A stretch of DNA of 64,000 nt from Octopus sinensis (GCF_006345805.1 NW_021831846.1:62001-126000); one strand, 5' to 3'; positions 1-12,788 are shown, numbered from the stretch's first letter. Made by a program: numbers and translations. The notes: generated from the sequence alone by a model not told the origin.

Positions 1-916
1 CATGCATATTAGAAGAGAAAATAGCACTTTGATAATTCAGAAGTATCTAAAGAGAAACAATAAAACACATCTTAAATATAAGATGTAATGGTGTAAGAAA
101 GTTGGGAGAAATTTCAGGTTGTATAAAGTTTTTGTTTCGGTATTTCAAATAAACCACGATACTTTTAATATTCCCCATTAAAAAGAAAAAAAAAACCTTT
201 TGGGAAATACGCCGCGATTCTCCTTATATTTTTTTACTAATTGAAATTAACAGGTTATTCTAATTATAAATAAACTTTGGTAAATAATGGAACCACCCTG
301 GGTGGTTCGTAGCCTCTGTTGTATCAATCGGTGATATGTGACTAGAGCTAAAATAAATAAATATAAGAAAACTCTTGGCAGCGAAAAAGAAACAGCGAAA
401 GGAAAAAATCCAAAAGGGGAAAAGCTGTAAAAAAAACAAAAGGAATAAAAAACACTAAATAAAAAAATTATATATAAAAACCAAGTTGTAAAAGGGAGAT
501 CAACTGGGATTCGAAACCGGCTCGTCAACTTTGTTTGGCGGGAAGTTTACTGTATGCATTCAATTGTCAACTTGTTTTTATATATTCCGAATATTCAATT
601 TATTTGAAATTTTGAAAGATAAATATTGTTTGCCAATTTTATTAGTAAATAAAATTAGAGAAACTAATAAATACTGATAATTATTTCTTTCTTGAAAGAG
701 AAAATTTAATTACAATTTATTGTTATAAATTGTTGAATATTTCTTTTACAAATAATACACAGTAAACAGGTGGATGGAACGAGTGTATGTGTATATATAT
801 ATACATACATAAACACTCACATGAATACAGGGATGGCCAGAAGTCGCTATACACATTTCTAATAATAATAAAGAGATGAGTGAAGTGACTTGTGGTCATC
901 CTGTATATCAACATAC

Positions 917-1299
917 GGATCTTTTCGGTTTGAACGGCAGTTTTTTCTAGTGGTGTCATGATATTGTCACCCATAATTATGACCCTAGTATCGATCTATT
1001 GCATTTCAATCTGGGTTAGGGTATCTTTTTTTCTTCACAAATGTAAATAAACCCAATCTGTTTCTTAAACGAGGGACATATTTATATGGCACAGAATGTT
1101 GTTTACCTCAATAGACGTCATTGATTGGTTGAAATTGCAGAAAAAAACAACAACAAATATCTTAAAAACTATAGAATTTTCTCAATAAAGCCAAGAGAAA
1201 AAGATGTTTTATAAACACATTCTACCAGTATACGAAGTTTAAAATTTTTTAGTTACCAAGAAATTATGTTAAAAACTGCCGTTCAAACCGAAAAGATCC
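917..1299 (+). mobile_element. MITE, ~400-bp family with 28-bp TIRs (Merlin-like), copy 1
   Basis: Starts GGATCTTTTCGGTTTGAACGGCAGTTTT and ends AAAACTGCCGTTCAAACCGAAAAGATCC; perfect 8-bp TSD CAACATAC (909-916 / 1300-1307). Merlin assignment is inferred from GG termini plus 8-bp TSD. Confidence 0.85.
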
Positions 1300-2699
1300 C
1301 AACATACACATATATACATGCGTGTGTAAACACAACAAATAAACATACATGTGCTTGTATATACATATTGATTTATATGTGTGTTGTTTTTGTAAACTAT
1401 TGATAGTGAAGATAACATGAGCACAAGACTAGAAATTTGGGAGAATGGTATAAATCGATTCTAGTGCTTTATTATAAATCGAACCTAGAATGTGAGATTC
1501 AAAAATCGACTTCAGCTGGGAATCGAACTCGTTACGTAAAGCAATGTAATAAAGTATTAAGCGAAGGACAATGCATTAAAATTATATTAGTTTATTTTCT
1601 AAAGGAAATTAACAGATGTTATATTGTATGTAAATATAGATTAGTAAATAAAGGACAGAGTAAGAGGGAGAAATAGTTGAAATATCAAGTACGAAACTAA
1701 AAGGTTGCAGTTGTTCAATATGTCAATGCAAATGAGTTGGGTCATAGTTTATTGACTGCGGACCTGCAACAAGCGAAAAGAAAGAATGGAGTTGAACAGG
1801 AGGAAAATATGAAGTGAATAAGTGCTCGGAGAAAAAAAAAAATATTAATTAAAAAAGAAATAATAATCAAGTTACTGTAGAATAAGAATGATCGAGAAAA
1901 ATAACGAAAAAAAATTTTATGATACTTATTAAAAATTTAATATAAAAAAAAACGTTTTTCCATTTGTTCCAAAATGGATACATAATATATATTTTTTTAA
2001 AATTAAGTATTGAACACACGCCTGAAAATAAATTCTAATTTCTATATTGATAATAGTTATTATTATGTCAAGTTAGGTTTTATTAGTTATTATTATGCAT
2101 ATAAACATAATCTATATAGTAAAAAAAAATATTTGAGTATCCATGAAAAAAATTAATAATTCTAACTTCTAATTTTTAGATTGCTAATAATTTTATTAAT
2201 CAGTTTGGGTTTTTTTTTTATTAGCTTATTACAGTACCGGATTTCTTTTCCGTCTTCCAGAAATCCGGGAATACTTTATTATACGGTCTAAGATTACTGC
2301 ATCTATTCAGTAGACAGACTTTACTTTTGAAGATGGTTAATTTGTGTATGGCATCTTCAAAATAGCTTTGTTCTTTACTATTTTTTCAAGGGGATTCCTA
2401 TAGATTAAACACATACTGCTTTAGAATTGTATTAATTTGCACCTTATGTTATTTACTTTTCTGTTTATTTTCGTTTCTTTCCAACCACAAATTTTACAAC
2501 AATCCATTGAGAATTAAAGAATATTTAAGTGGTGGGAAGAAAACGAAAAAGTGCCGACGTTTCTTTATTTAATCAATATATAAATGATATAAAACTAATT
2601 AATAAATATCAAACAGACTTCTCCTTTAGAAACGTATTAATTTGAACCTGTGAAATACAATTTAGCTCTTTACATTTAATACTTTAAGTTTATATTATT

Positions 2700-3235
2700 A
2701 ACGGCATTTCGTAGGTTCTGAGTTCAAATTCCGACGAAGTCGACTTTGCCCTTCATACGTTCGGGGTTGATTGAAATAAAAAAAAAAAGTACCAGCCGAG
2801 CACGGGAGTTGAAATATATTTCTTTACTACCCACAAGGGGCTAAACACAGAGGGGACAAACAAAGGGATTAAGTCGATTACATCGACCCAGTGCGAAACT
2901 GGTACTTTATTTATCGACCCCAGTACGAAACTGGTACTTTATTTATCGACCTCAGTGCGAAACTGGTACTTTATTTATCGACCCCAATGCGAAACTGGTA
3001 CTTTATTTATCGACCTCACTGCGAAACTGGTACTTTATTTATCGACCCCAGAGCGAAACTGGTGCTTTATTTATCGACCTCAGTGCGACCTGGTACTTTA
3101 CTTATCGACCCCAGTGCGAAACTGGTACTTTATTTATCGACCCCGAAAGGATGAAAGGCAAAGTCGACCTCGGCGGAATTTGAACTCAGAACGTAACGAA
3201 ACGACAGCCGAGCACGGGAGTTGATATAATCGACT
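2700..3235. mobile_element. Nested SINE-B: minus-strand copy (2813-3204) inside a plus-strand SINE-B
   Basis: Outer copy reads ttctgagttcaaattcc...gtcgactttgcccttcat...gtaccag and resumes at 3225 (tataatcgact). The inner copy is flanked by the 20-bp duplication CAGCCGAGCACGGGAGTTGA (2793-2812 / 3205-3224). Confidence 0.85.
2883..3136. repeat. 32-bp minisatellite x8 derived from an internal SINE-B segment
   Basis: Unit tcgaccccagtgcgaaactggtactttattta starts at 2883, 2914, 2946, 2978, 3010, 3042, 3074 and 3105, with no spacers. Confidence 0.95.
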
Positions 3236-3293
3236 GAAAACCCGTCTCCACGAAATTACTGGCCTTCTGCCAATATTTAAGTATATATTTATA

Positions 3294-3647
3294 ACAGTCC
3301 CACTGCGTGGCATCTTGGGCAAGTGTCTTCTGCTATAGCCCCGGGCCGACCAATGCCTTGTGAGTGGATTTGGTAGACGGAAACTGAAAGAAGCCTGTCG
3401 TATACATGTATATATATGTGTGTGTGTGTGTGTGTATGTGTGTTTGTGTGTCTGTGTTTGTCCCCCTAGCATTGCTTGACAACCGATGCTGGTGTGTTTA
3501 CGTCCCCGTAACTTAGCGGTTCGGCAAAAAAGACCGATAGAATAAGTACTGGGCTTACAAAGAATAAGTCCCGGGGTCGATTTGCTCGACTAAAGGCGGT
3601 GCTCCAGCATGGCCGCAGTGAAATGACTGAAACAAGTAAAAGAGAGT
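3294..3647 (+). mobile_element. SINE-A, 5'-truncated
   Basis: cagtcccactgcgtggcatcttgggcaagtg...gctccagcatggccgcag...actgaaacaagtaaaagagagt matches the other SINE-A copies. Confidence 0.92.
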
Positions 3648-3669
3648 CTTTGAAAAGAAGAAAAAAAAA

Positions 3670-4203
3670 ACCGGAAATTTCAGAAATCCGGACTACTTCC
3701 GGTACGAAAGAAGCTTGCCGGATAATTATGTCCGGCAACTGTGTATTATTGTTATGCAAATGAGAGAGGTCAAATGTTTTGCTCGCGCACACTGTTTTAA
3801 GATCCGGGTCGTTGTGTTCGTGTTCCCCCTTAGTATGTGTGTTGTGTGTGTGTTATGTCCGTGCCAAAAGCCAAAAAACTAAATTGAAACCAAACTAAAA
3901 AGATAAGAGGAAAAAAAAGAAAAGGAAAAAAGAAAACACGAAACCAAATCTCAAATGAAACCGAACCGAACCAAATTCTAGCAGCGAAGCAAGCAAAGCT
4001 TAATGTAAAACCCCAAGAGAGAAAACCTACCAACCACCCCCTATTGGAATAATAATAATAACAACAACAACAACAATATATATTGTCATCATTTCAACAG
4101 CAAGAATTAAGAGCACAACTGAACAGCAATTAACAAGATAATAATTAGTAATTAATAATAATAATAATAAGCAGCAACAGAATCAAGAGAGAACAAAGTA
4201 AGT
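3670..4203 (+). promoter_or_regulatory. Candidate promoter plus A-rich non-coding first exon ending at donor AAA|GTAAGT (4198)
   Basis: Five CCGG-core ETS-like sites at 3671-3738, octamer ATGCAAAT at 3754, local CpG enrichment, an A-rich leader with only very short uORFs, then GTAAGT at 4198-4203. Confidence 0.45.
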
Positions 4204-4289
4204 TCATATTTCTGTTATGTATTACCCAACATCTGTTTCTAGTAGAAGTCACCCCCAGCTCTTTCTCACCATATATATATATATATATA

Positions 4290-5130
4290 CACACACGTAT
4301 ATACATACGTACACACAGCCTTTCTATATATTATATATACAGAAATTGGTATATGAATGTATACACAGCCTCACTTTTATATATTTCTCCCCCTATATAC
4401 ATCTGTGTATGTATATACACACAGCCTTTCTATATATTATATATACAGAAATAGGTCTATGAATGTATACACAGCCTCTCTTTTATATATTTCTCCCCCT
4501 ATATACATCTATGTATACACACATACATGCACACAGCCTTTCTATATTATATATACAGAAATAGGTATATGAATGTATATACATAGCCTCACTTTTATAT
4601 ACACACAGCCTTTCTATATTATATATACAGAAATAGGTATATGAATGTATACACAGCCTCTCTTTAATATATTTCTCTCCCTATATACATCTATGTATAC
4701 ACACAGCCTTTCTATATTATATATACAGAAATAGGTCTATGAATGTATACATAGCCTCACTTTTATATACACACAGCCTTTCTATATTATATATACAGCA
4801 ATAGGTACATGAATGTATACACAGCCTCACTTTTATATACACACATATACACACAGCCTTTCTATATTATATATACAGAAATAGGTACATGAATGTATAC
4901 ACAGCCTCACTTTTATATACACACATATATACATACGTACACACAGCCTTTCTATATTATATATACAGAAATAGGTTTATGAATGTATATACATAGCCTC
5001 ACTTTTATATACACACAGCCTTTCTATATTATATATACAGAAATAGGTACATGAATGTATACACAGCCTCTCTTTTATATATTTCTCTCCCTATATACAT
5101 CTATGTATGTATACACACAGCCTTTCTAAG
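4290..5130. repeat. Complex minisatellite (~9 units of ~65-110 bp)
   Basis: Recurrent acacagcctttctatattatatatacagaaataggt(a/c)tatgaatgtatacacagcctc core. Confidence 0.9.
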
Positions 5131-5333
5131 TATAATAGATACAAAAATATGTGCATATACACGGTCTCTTTCTATATCTACTACTCTCTCTCTCTCTTTT
5201 ATATATATACACACACACACTCTTTTGTATATATACTCCTCAATCAGTTTTTCTGTACATATCCATATTTTTATACACCTATCTTTGTGTATATCAAACC
5301 TCCGTTACACACACCATTTATTTCTCATATCTT

Positions 5334-5334
<1 letters not shown>

Positions 5335-5427
<93 letters not shown>

Positions 5428-5494
5428 TACACGCACACACGCATTTAAGATATGTTGTGTATCTATAGAGAAGTAAAGGATTACAAAACAAGAC

Positions 5495-5561
<67 letters not shown>

Positions 5562-5652
5562 ACACACGCAATTATATATATATATATATACACACACATC
5601 TATCTATATATATATATATACACACATCTATATATATATATATATACACACA

Positions 5653-5706
<54 letters not shown>

Positions 5707-5880
5707 TCTATATATATATATATATATATACACACATCTATATATATATATACATACACACACACACACACAACACATATATATATATTACATACACACA
5801 CACACACATATATATATATACATACACACACACACACACATATATATATATGTATGTATGGCATATACATATACACAAAC
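5335..5880. repeat. Compound (CT)n/(AT)n/(AC)n microsatellite
   Basis: Directly visible dinucleotide tracts; source of many spurious YI/CV ORFs. Confidence 0.95.
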
Positions 5881-6273
5881 TTTTTATTTCTGTGTTTATA
5901 TCAATATGTACGTTTACATTTATACACACCTTTTTTTTATGTGCTTCCTTCCTCTCTCTCTCTCTCTCATATTACACACACCATATACAATACCTTATAT
6001 CTCTCTATGTACACCTCTCTCTCCATATATACATCATATATTATTTCTTTAATCCAATTTTTTTTTTCTTTTGGGTTCTTCCCTTTTCTGAAAACTACAA
6101 CAGTTTGTTGCCAAAGAAATTCTCTTACAATTGCCACAGATATTTGCCTACCCTTATAACCATTAACCATCAAATATCAATTCATAGACATCAATCACAA
6201 CCGACTCTATATATTTTTACTTGTTTGTCTGACTGCGGCCAAGCTGGGGCACCACCTTAAAATATTGTCAACC

Positions 6274-6326
<53 letters not shown>

Positions 6327-6625
6327 TTCCTTTTTAGTGAATATATACGAAACACACAAAATATAACCATTTAGGTTTGTTTTTTTTTATTTTGTGTATA
6401 ATGTTTTTTTTATATTACTCTGTGGTGGAGGGCATATTTGGTATTACTAAGAGTTATATCAACTCTTTAGTAATTATTTTTTAAAGGAGAAATAATGGCT
6501 GATATATATATATATATATATATATTCTTTTTTTAGCAGTGGCTGTAATCTGTAAGAAATTATATAGACGTAGGCTTTCTTTAGTTTTAACCCGCATAAT
6601 CAACCACCACACACATAAGCTACAG

Positions 6626-6680
<55 letters not shown>

Positions 6681-6764
6681 TATATATATAAGGGATTCAT
6701 TAGCTTGTGCAGTCTAAAAATATCTATTTAAGATACTAGAACACAATATAAGCAGTCTATATAT

Positions 6765-6794
<30 letters not shown>

Positions 6795-6796
<2 letters not shown>

Positions 6797-7110
6797 CAGT
6801 AAATGGTGTTTGCGTGCGCTTGTATATATATATGTGTATATATATGTGTGTGTGTGTATATATGTGTGTATGTATATGTGTATATATATGTGTGTGTGTG
6901 CGTATATATATATATATATAGTGAATGTTTGCGTGCGTATATATATGTATATATATAGTGAATGATGTTTGCGTGTGTATACATGTATGTGTATATATAT
7001 AGTGAATGTTTGCGTGCGTATATATATGTATATATATATAGTGAATGTTTGCGTGCGTATATATATGTATATATATAGTGAATGGTGTTTGCGTGCGCGT
7101 ATGTATATGT
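6795..7110. repeat. Minisatellite gtgaatgtttgcgtgcg(ta)n, ~6 units
   Basis: Core near 6799, 6921, 6958, 7001, 7041 and 7078. Confidence 0.85.
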
Positions 7111-7517
7111 GCACTGTATACAATAATTTCATTATTATTCATTATTTTATATATATATATATACATATATACGTCATACCGTTTGTATGTGCATATGTAT
7201 TGTCATTCTTTGTGTGTATATATGTCATATATCGTATAGATACGCATTGAAGTTGTGTATTTGCATATACACATGGCATTCTCAACGTGTTGATGTGGGT
7301 GTATAAATGCACGCCTATACGTCATGTAACGTGGGTGTGAGTATACAAGCACCTCCACATTGTATACACACACACAATACTGAAATGTACAACTTTATGA
7401 TTTTCCTTTATATAAACTATATATATATATAATTATATAGACCGACCGACCGTAACAAACAACCTATGTACTATTGTCTTACAGTACTTATTTTCGGATT
7501 TATGAACCACAGACACA

Positions 7518-7855
7518 TATCGATCTATTGCATTTCAATCTGTTTTAGGGTTAGGGTGGGGGGAAGGTATCTATTTTTTTCTTCTTCAGAAATGTAAATG
7601 AACCCAATCTGTTTCTTAAACGAGGGACATATTCATTCATACGGCACAGAATGCTTTTTTTTTTTTTTTTTTTTTTACCTCAATAGACGTCATTGATTGA
7701 TTGAAATTGCAGAAATTGAAGAAAAAAAACACAACACCAAATATCTTACAAACTATTGAATTTTCTCAATAAACCCAAGAGGAAAAAAAAAGATGTTTTA
7801 TAAACACATTCTACCAGTATACGAAGTTTAACATTTTTTTAGTTACCTAGAAATT
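7518..7855 (+). mobile_element. Internal fragment of the 400-bp MITE (both TIRs missing)
   Basis: atcgatctattgcatttcaatc...ttttagttacctagaaatt is colinear with the interior of 917-1299. Confidence 0.85.
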
Positions 7856-7922
7856 GTGTATATATGCGTGCATATCTGTATAATTTGACTATTGGCTCAT
7901 AGCTTTTAATATTGAACAGATG

Positions 7923-7961
<39 letters not shown>

Positions 7962-8194
7962 GACGTGTTTACAAATATATGTACTGTAGACAGCAACAAT
8001 TAAATGCTTAGCATAAGAGTTTAAAATCTTATTTTAACCCTGGTTTCCTCTCATAACCACACACACAAACACTCGTCTAATCCTCTCCTTTAAGCTATGG
8101 GTAGGACAGTTTATTTTTGAACTGGTGAGCCATGTTTGTTTAAAGACCATGTATGTAGACAATGACGACGCGGCTGTGTGTATATGTGCTCATT

Positions 8195-8195
8195 T

Positions 8196-8232
<37 letters not shown>

Positions 8233-8617
8233 TGAGGTTGTGTGTGCTGTCTGTCTCCTACGATTTAGATTCCTAACTACTCCCACATTTTGCGGTGCAG
8301 TTTAAACAAAACCGGGTATCTTATAGTCGTGATTCATATCGAGCCCTTCTGGGTATTAGCGCGCGTCTACAATGAGTCTACGATTAAAAAAAAAATTTAC
8401 CATCATTTTTTCCCATTTTTAATGCATTTTTTGGCATATATAAGGGAAGTAACTTTCTAAAAATGTATTATTAAATCTCAGAACGTAAAAAGCTACAGTA
8501 CCCCCCCCCCCCTTTGTGGTTAGCCATATTGAGATGGCTATTATACTTTACATCTCTAAAAATGCTTATATAGTTATTTCCCTTACAAACCCGAGCAACA
8601 CCGGGCGATACTGCTAG
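8195..8617 (+). mobile_element. Non-autonomous Helitron (family H1)
   Basis: 5' TC..(TA)n-AAAAGTGAGGTTGTGTG; 3' short GC hairpin cccgagcaacaccggg followed by CTAG (8614-8617) then T. The same 5' end recurs at 63934. Confidence 0.8.
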
Positions 8618-8644
8618 TATATATATATATATATATAAATTTAA

Positions 8645-8829
8645 AGGACTGAACACGAAAAGTGGTGGACAGTCAACATGCTAGATATAGACGTCAAATC
8701 GCTATTTTCCACAAAGAGTATGTTCTCAAATGCTGAGTTTTTATTTGAGAACATACTCTTTGTGGGAAATAGCGATTTGACGTCTATATCTAGCATGTTG
8801 ACTGTCCACCACTTTCCGTGTTCAGTCCT
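8645..8829. mobile_element. Fold-back MITE, Kolobok-like (TTAA-AGG...CCT-TTAA)
   Basis: Arms 8638-8731 and 8743-8836 are reverse complements with 2 mismatches around an 11-nt loop; TTAA at 8641-8644 and 8830-8833. The inverted repeat is certain; the superfamily is inferred. Confidence 0.7.
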
Positions 8830-8939
8830 TTAAATTTGTAAACATATTTTAATCTTCGGATTCTTTTTAATATGCTGGGCCTCTGGTTTTAATTGATTAA
8901 TATCAATTTCTACCCTTATTAAATTTTATATAAAATATA

Positions 8940-9234
8940 TCTATATATATAGATATATATATATATAGATATATATATATAGATAGATAGAGAGATATAG
9001 AGAGATAGATATAGAGAGATAGATAGATAGATAGATATAGAGAGATAGAGAGATAGATAGATATAGATAGAGAGAGATAGATAGATATAGAGAGAGATAG
9101 ATAGAGAGATAGATAGAGAGATAGATAGAGAGATAGATAGAGAGATAGATAGAGAGATAGATAGAGAGATAGATAGAGAGATAGATAGAGAGATAGATAG
9201 AGAGATAGATAGAGAGATAGATAGAGAGATAGAT

Positions 9235-9289
<55 letters not shown>

Positions 9290-9520
9290 TAGAGAGATAG
9301 ATAGAGAGATAGATAGAGAGATAGATAGAGAGATAGATAGAGAGATAGATATAGATAGAGAGAGAGATATAGATATAGATAGAGAGAGAGATATAGATAT
9401 AGATAGAGAGAGAGATATAGATAGAGAGAGAGATATAGATAGAGAGAGAGATATAGATAGAGAGATAGATATAGATAGAGAGATAGATATAGATAGATAG
9501 AGATATAGATATATATATGT
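8940..9520. repeat. (AGAT)n/(AG)n compound microsatellite
   Basis: Visible tract. Confidence 0.95.
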
Positions 9521-9929
9521 ATATATGGTTCTTAATTGTAGTTACATGAATTTAGGAAAACCTGCTTTTTTGTCTTTCTAGGTGTATGTATGTATATATA
9601 ACAAATGTGTAAAAGAAACTGTATATATGCGTGCATATATGTATAATTTGACTATTGGCTTATCGCTTTTAATTTTGAACAGATGAGTAAAATTTAGGTG
9701 TGTATATACATATACGCTGTTATATATTTTAAGTGTTACTCAAGGACCTATGTACATATACACACGTCTAATCACTTGTCATAGCTTTACCAAAGCATTG
9801 TATATATATGTATGTATGGGCAGACACATAATCGTCTGTATATACACACACCAAGATGTTACTCATCTGCTGTTCAATGTTAAAAGCGATGAACCAATCG
9901 CTAAATTATATATACACACATTGTGTATT

Positions 9930-9960
<31 letters not shown>

Positions 9961-10080
9961 TGCTTTGTATACAATGTTGGTAAAGCTAAGACCGTCATTA
10001 GACAGACGTGTGTATGTGTGTACGTAGGTCCTTGATTAACTCTTAAAAGCATGTCGGTATATATATATATATATATATAT

Positions 10081-10286
10081 ACTCTTTTACTTGTTTCAGT
10101 CATTTGACTGCGGCCATGCTGGAGCACCGCCTTTAGTCGAGCAAATCGACCCCGGGACTTATTCTCTTGTAAGCCCAGTACTTATTCTATCGGTCTCTTT
10201 TTTGCGGAACCGCTAAGTGACGGGGACGTAAACACACCAGCATCGGTTGTCAAGCAATGCTAGGAGGACACACACAAACACACACG

Positions 10287-10318
<32 letters not shown>

Positions 10319-10448
10319 CATATATTCGACGGGCTTCTTTCAGTTTCCGTCTACCAAATCCACTCACAAGGCTTTGGTCGGCCCGAGGCTATAGTAGAAG
10401 ACATTTGCGCAAGGTGCCACGCAGTGGGAATGAACCCGGAACCATGTG
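10081..10448 (-). mobile_element. SINE-A (head slightly truncated)
   Basis: Reverse complement of the family consensus. Confidence 0.92.
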
Positions 10449-11114
10449 TATATATTATTATATATATATATAATATTAGAAAAAAAAAACACCTTTTATC
10501 AATTCAAAATGAATAATTGAATTACACCATCTAGAAAATTACATATAATAGGAAAGTTAAAATTAAAATAACAATGAAAAGTAAAGATTAAGTAAATTAC
10601 AAAAATAATAAAATGTATACAAATTGAATTCTTTTTCCTTGTAAGTTTGGATTTTATTCTCTCAAATAATAATTTTATATATATTTATATATACATACCT
10701 ACAAGGAACATATGAATTCTGATGGAACTAAACGAAAGGTTAAATAGTTCCACTCTTTTTAAAAATATGAACGGGAGAATAAGGTAAAAAAAAAAGTGAC
10801 CAACTCTAAAATGTAATAAACCAACAGCTTGGGTGATTCGACTTGTTGGAAATAACAGCAAAATCACCCTTTAAACAACTGTCATAAAAGGAAGGACACA
10901 GTTGGACAACGTATTAATAATAAACATACAAGTAGCGTTATAGTCACTGGATTTTGGCCATGCTGGGGCACCGCCTTCAAGGGTTTAGTCAAACAAGTCG
11001 ACCCCAGGACTTTTTGAAGTGTAGTAGTCTACCGTTCTTTTTCACCGAACTTGAGTTATGGGAGCGTAAACAAACCAACACCGGCTTGTCAAGCGACGTT
11101 AGGGAAGACACGTA

Positions 11115-11173
<59 letters not shown>

Positions 11174-11454
11174 GTGAATGTGTGTGTGTGTGTATATAAT
11201 ATATATGCCAGGCTACCACGTAAACAGTGCCAACGGTAGAATTCTGGTTTACGAACTCCAATATAACCCATCATAACTTTTATGGGTTTTTTTGGGGGGA
11301 ATTTTCAGAAAATTTTTGAGTTTGTGTTCTACGCGCGGGAATTGATACAATTATGAAAAAAAAAATGTTTATCTTTACACCGTTCTCCCATAAATCTTAA
11401 AATTTCCGCTCTTCTGAATTAAAAAAAAAAATTAGTCCTAATTTTTTGCTTAAA

Positions 11455-11830
11455 TCCCTGTGTGGTGAGTAGCTTGCTTACCAACCACATGGTTACGGTT
11501 TCAGTTCCACTGCGTTGCATCTTGGGCAAGTGTCTTCTACTATAGCCCCAGGCCGACCAAAGCCTTGTGAGTGGATTTGGTAGACGGAAACTGAAAGAAG
11601 CACGTCGTATATATGTATATATATATGTGTTTGTGTGTGTGTTTGTCCCCCTCGAATTGCTTGACAACCGATGCTGGTGTGTTTACGTCCCTGTCACCTA
11701 GCGGTTCGGCAAAAGAGACCGATAGAATAAGTACTGGGCTTACAAAGAATAAGTCCCGGGGTCGAGTTGCTCGATTAAAGGCGGTGCTCCAGCATGGCCG
11801 CAGTCAAATGACTGAAACAAGTAAAAGAGT
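11455..11830 (+). mobile_element. SINE-A, near full length
   Basis: tRNA-like head (ctgtgtggtgagtagc...ggtttcagttcc...ttgggcaagtg) through the gtaaaagagt tail. Confidence 0.92.
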
Positions 11831-12039
11831 AATGGATCAATGTTGGGTGCATCATTTCATTAAACGGGGAGAAAATCTTTAAAAAACCCTCAGATATCAG
11901 AATAACAAAGGAACGTGGAATGTGTCTGGTGGGTCGGGAGATGTGCTAGAATCACCAGCTAAGTTGCCCTTAAATCACGCAAAAAAAAAAAAAAAATTTT
12001 TTTGCATAATGGTATGAATTCCCGGGTGTAGGACACAAA

Positions 12040-12306
12040 TTCGAAATAACTTACTGAAGATTCGGAGAAATAAAGTTATGAGTAATAATGGGGTGCTTGA
12101 ATTACCCTACCAAATTCACTTACAGAACCAGAGTGACAAGCGGAAGACACTTGGCCAAGGGGCCGCGCAGGGGGAACTAAACTCAGTACTACGTGGTTGC
12201 AAAGTGAACGCAACTATACAAGCCTCGAACACCTTTTTTTTCATCTTGGGGCCAACTGTCAACCCGTTTCAAGACGCAAAAACGAAGAATCGAAGCGTGG
12301 GTACGT
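12040..12306. promoter_or_regulatory. CpG-rich candidate promoter / first-exon zone
   Basis: Inr-like TCAGT at 12183; plus-strand donor TGG|GTACGT at 12301; two minus-strand GTAAGT donors (plus-strand acttac at 12049-12054 and 12118-12123). Confidence 0.3.
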
Positions 12307-12384
12307 GGTGGTGGTGGTGGTGGTGGGGGATATAACGTAAACGTATTCTTAATACAGAAACCATTCCTGGAACCCCTACCCTCT

Positions 12385-12503
12385 GTCTCTCTCACTCTCT
12401 CTCTCTGTCTGTCTCTTTCTTACACTGTCTGTCTGTCTGTCTCTCTCTCTCTGTCTGTCTCTCTGTCTGTCGCTCTCTTACTCTGTCTGTCTCTCTCTCT
12501 GTA

Positions 12504-12568
<65 letters not shown>

Positions 12569-12577
12569 GTCTGTCTC

Positions 12578-12648
<71 letters not shown>

Positions 12649-12657
12649 GTCTGTCTC

Positions 12658-12714
<57 letters not shown>

Positions 12715-12757
12715 GTCTGTCTCTCTCTCTCTCTGTCTCTCTCTCTCTGTCTCTGTC

Positions 12758-12788
<31 letters not shown>

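Noticed and set aside
1650-1766. Minus-strand exon after a strong acceptor (ttcttttcgcttgttgcag)
   Set aside because: Only a 34-aa ORF follows and there is no convincing donor.
2883-3136. CRISPR-like array of 32-bp repeats
   Set aside because: Units are contiguous with no unique spacers, derive from SINE-B, and the DNA is eukaryotic with no cas genes.
7545-7565. Interstitial telomere (TTAGGG)
   Set aside because: Only two units, and they are part of the MITE interior.
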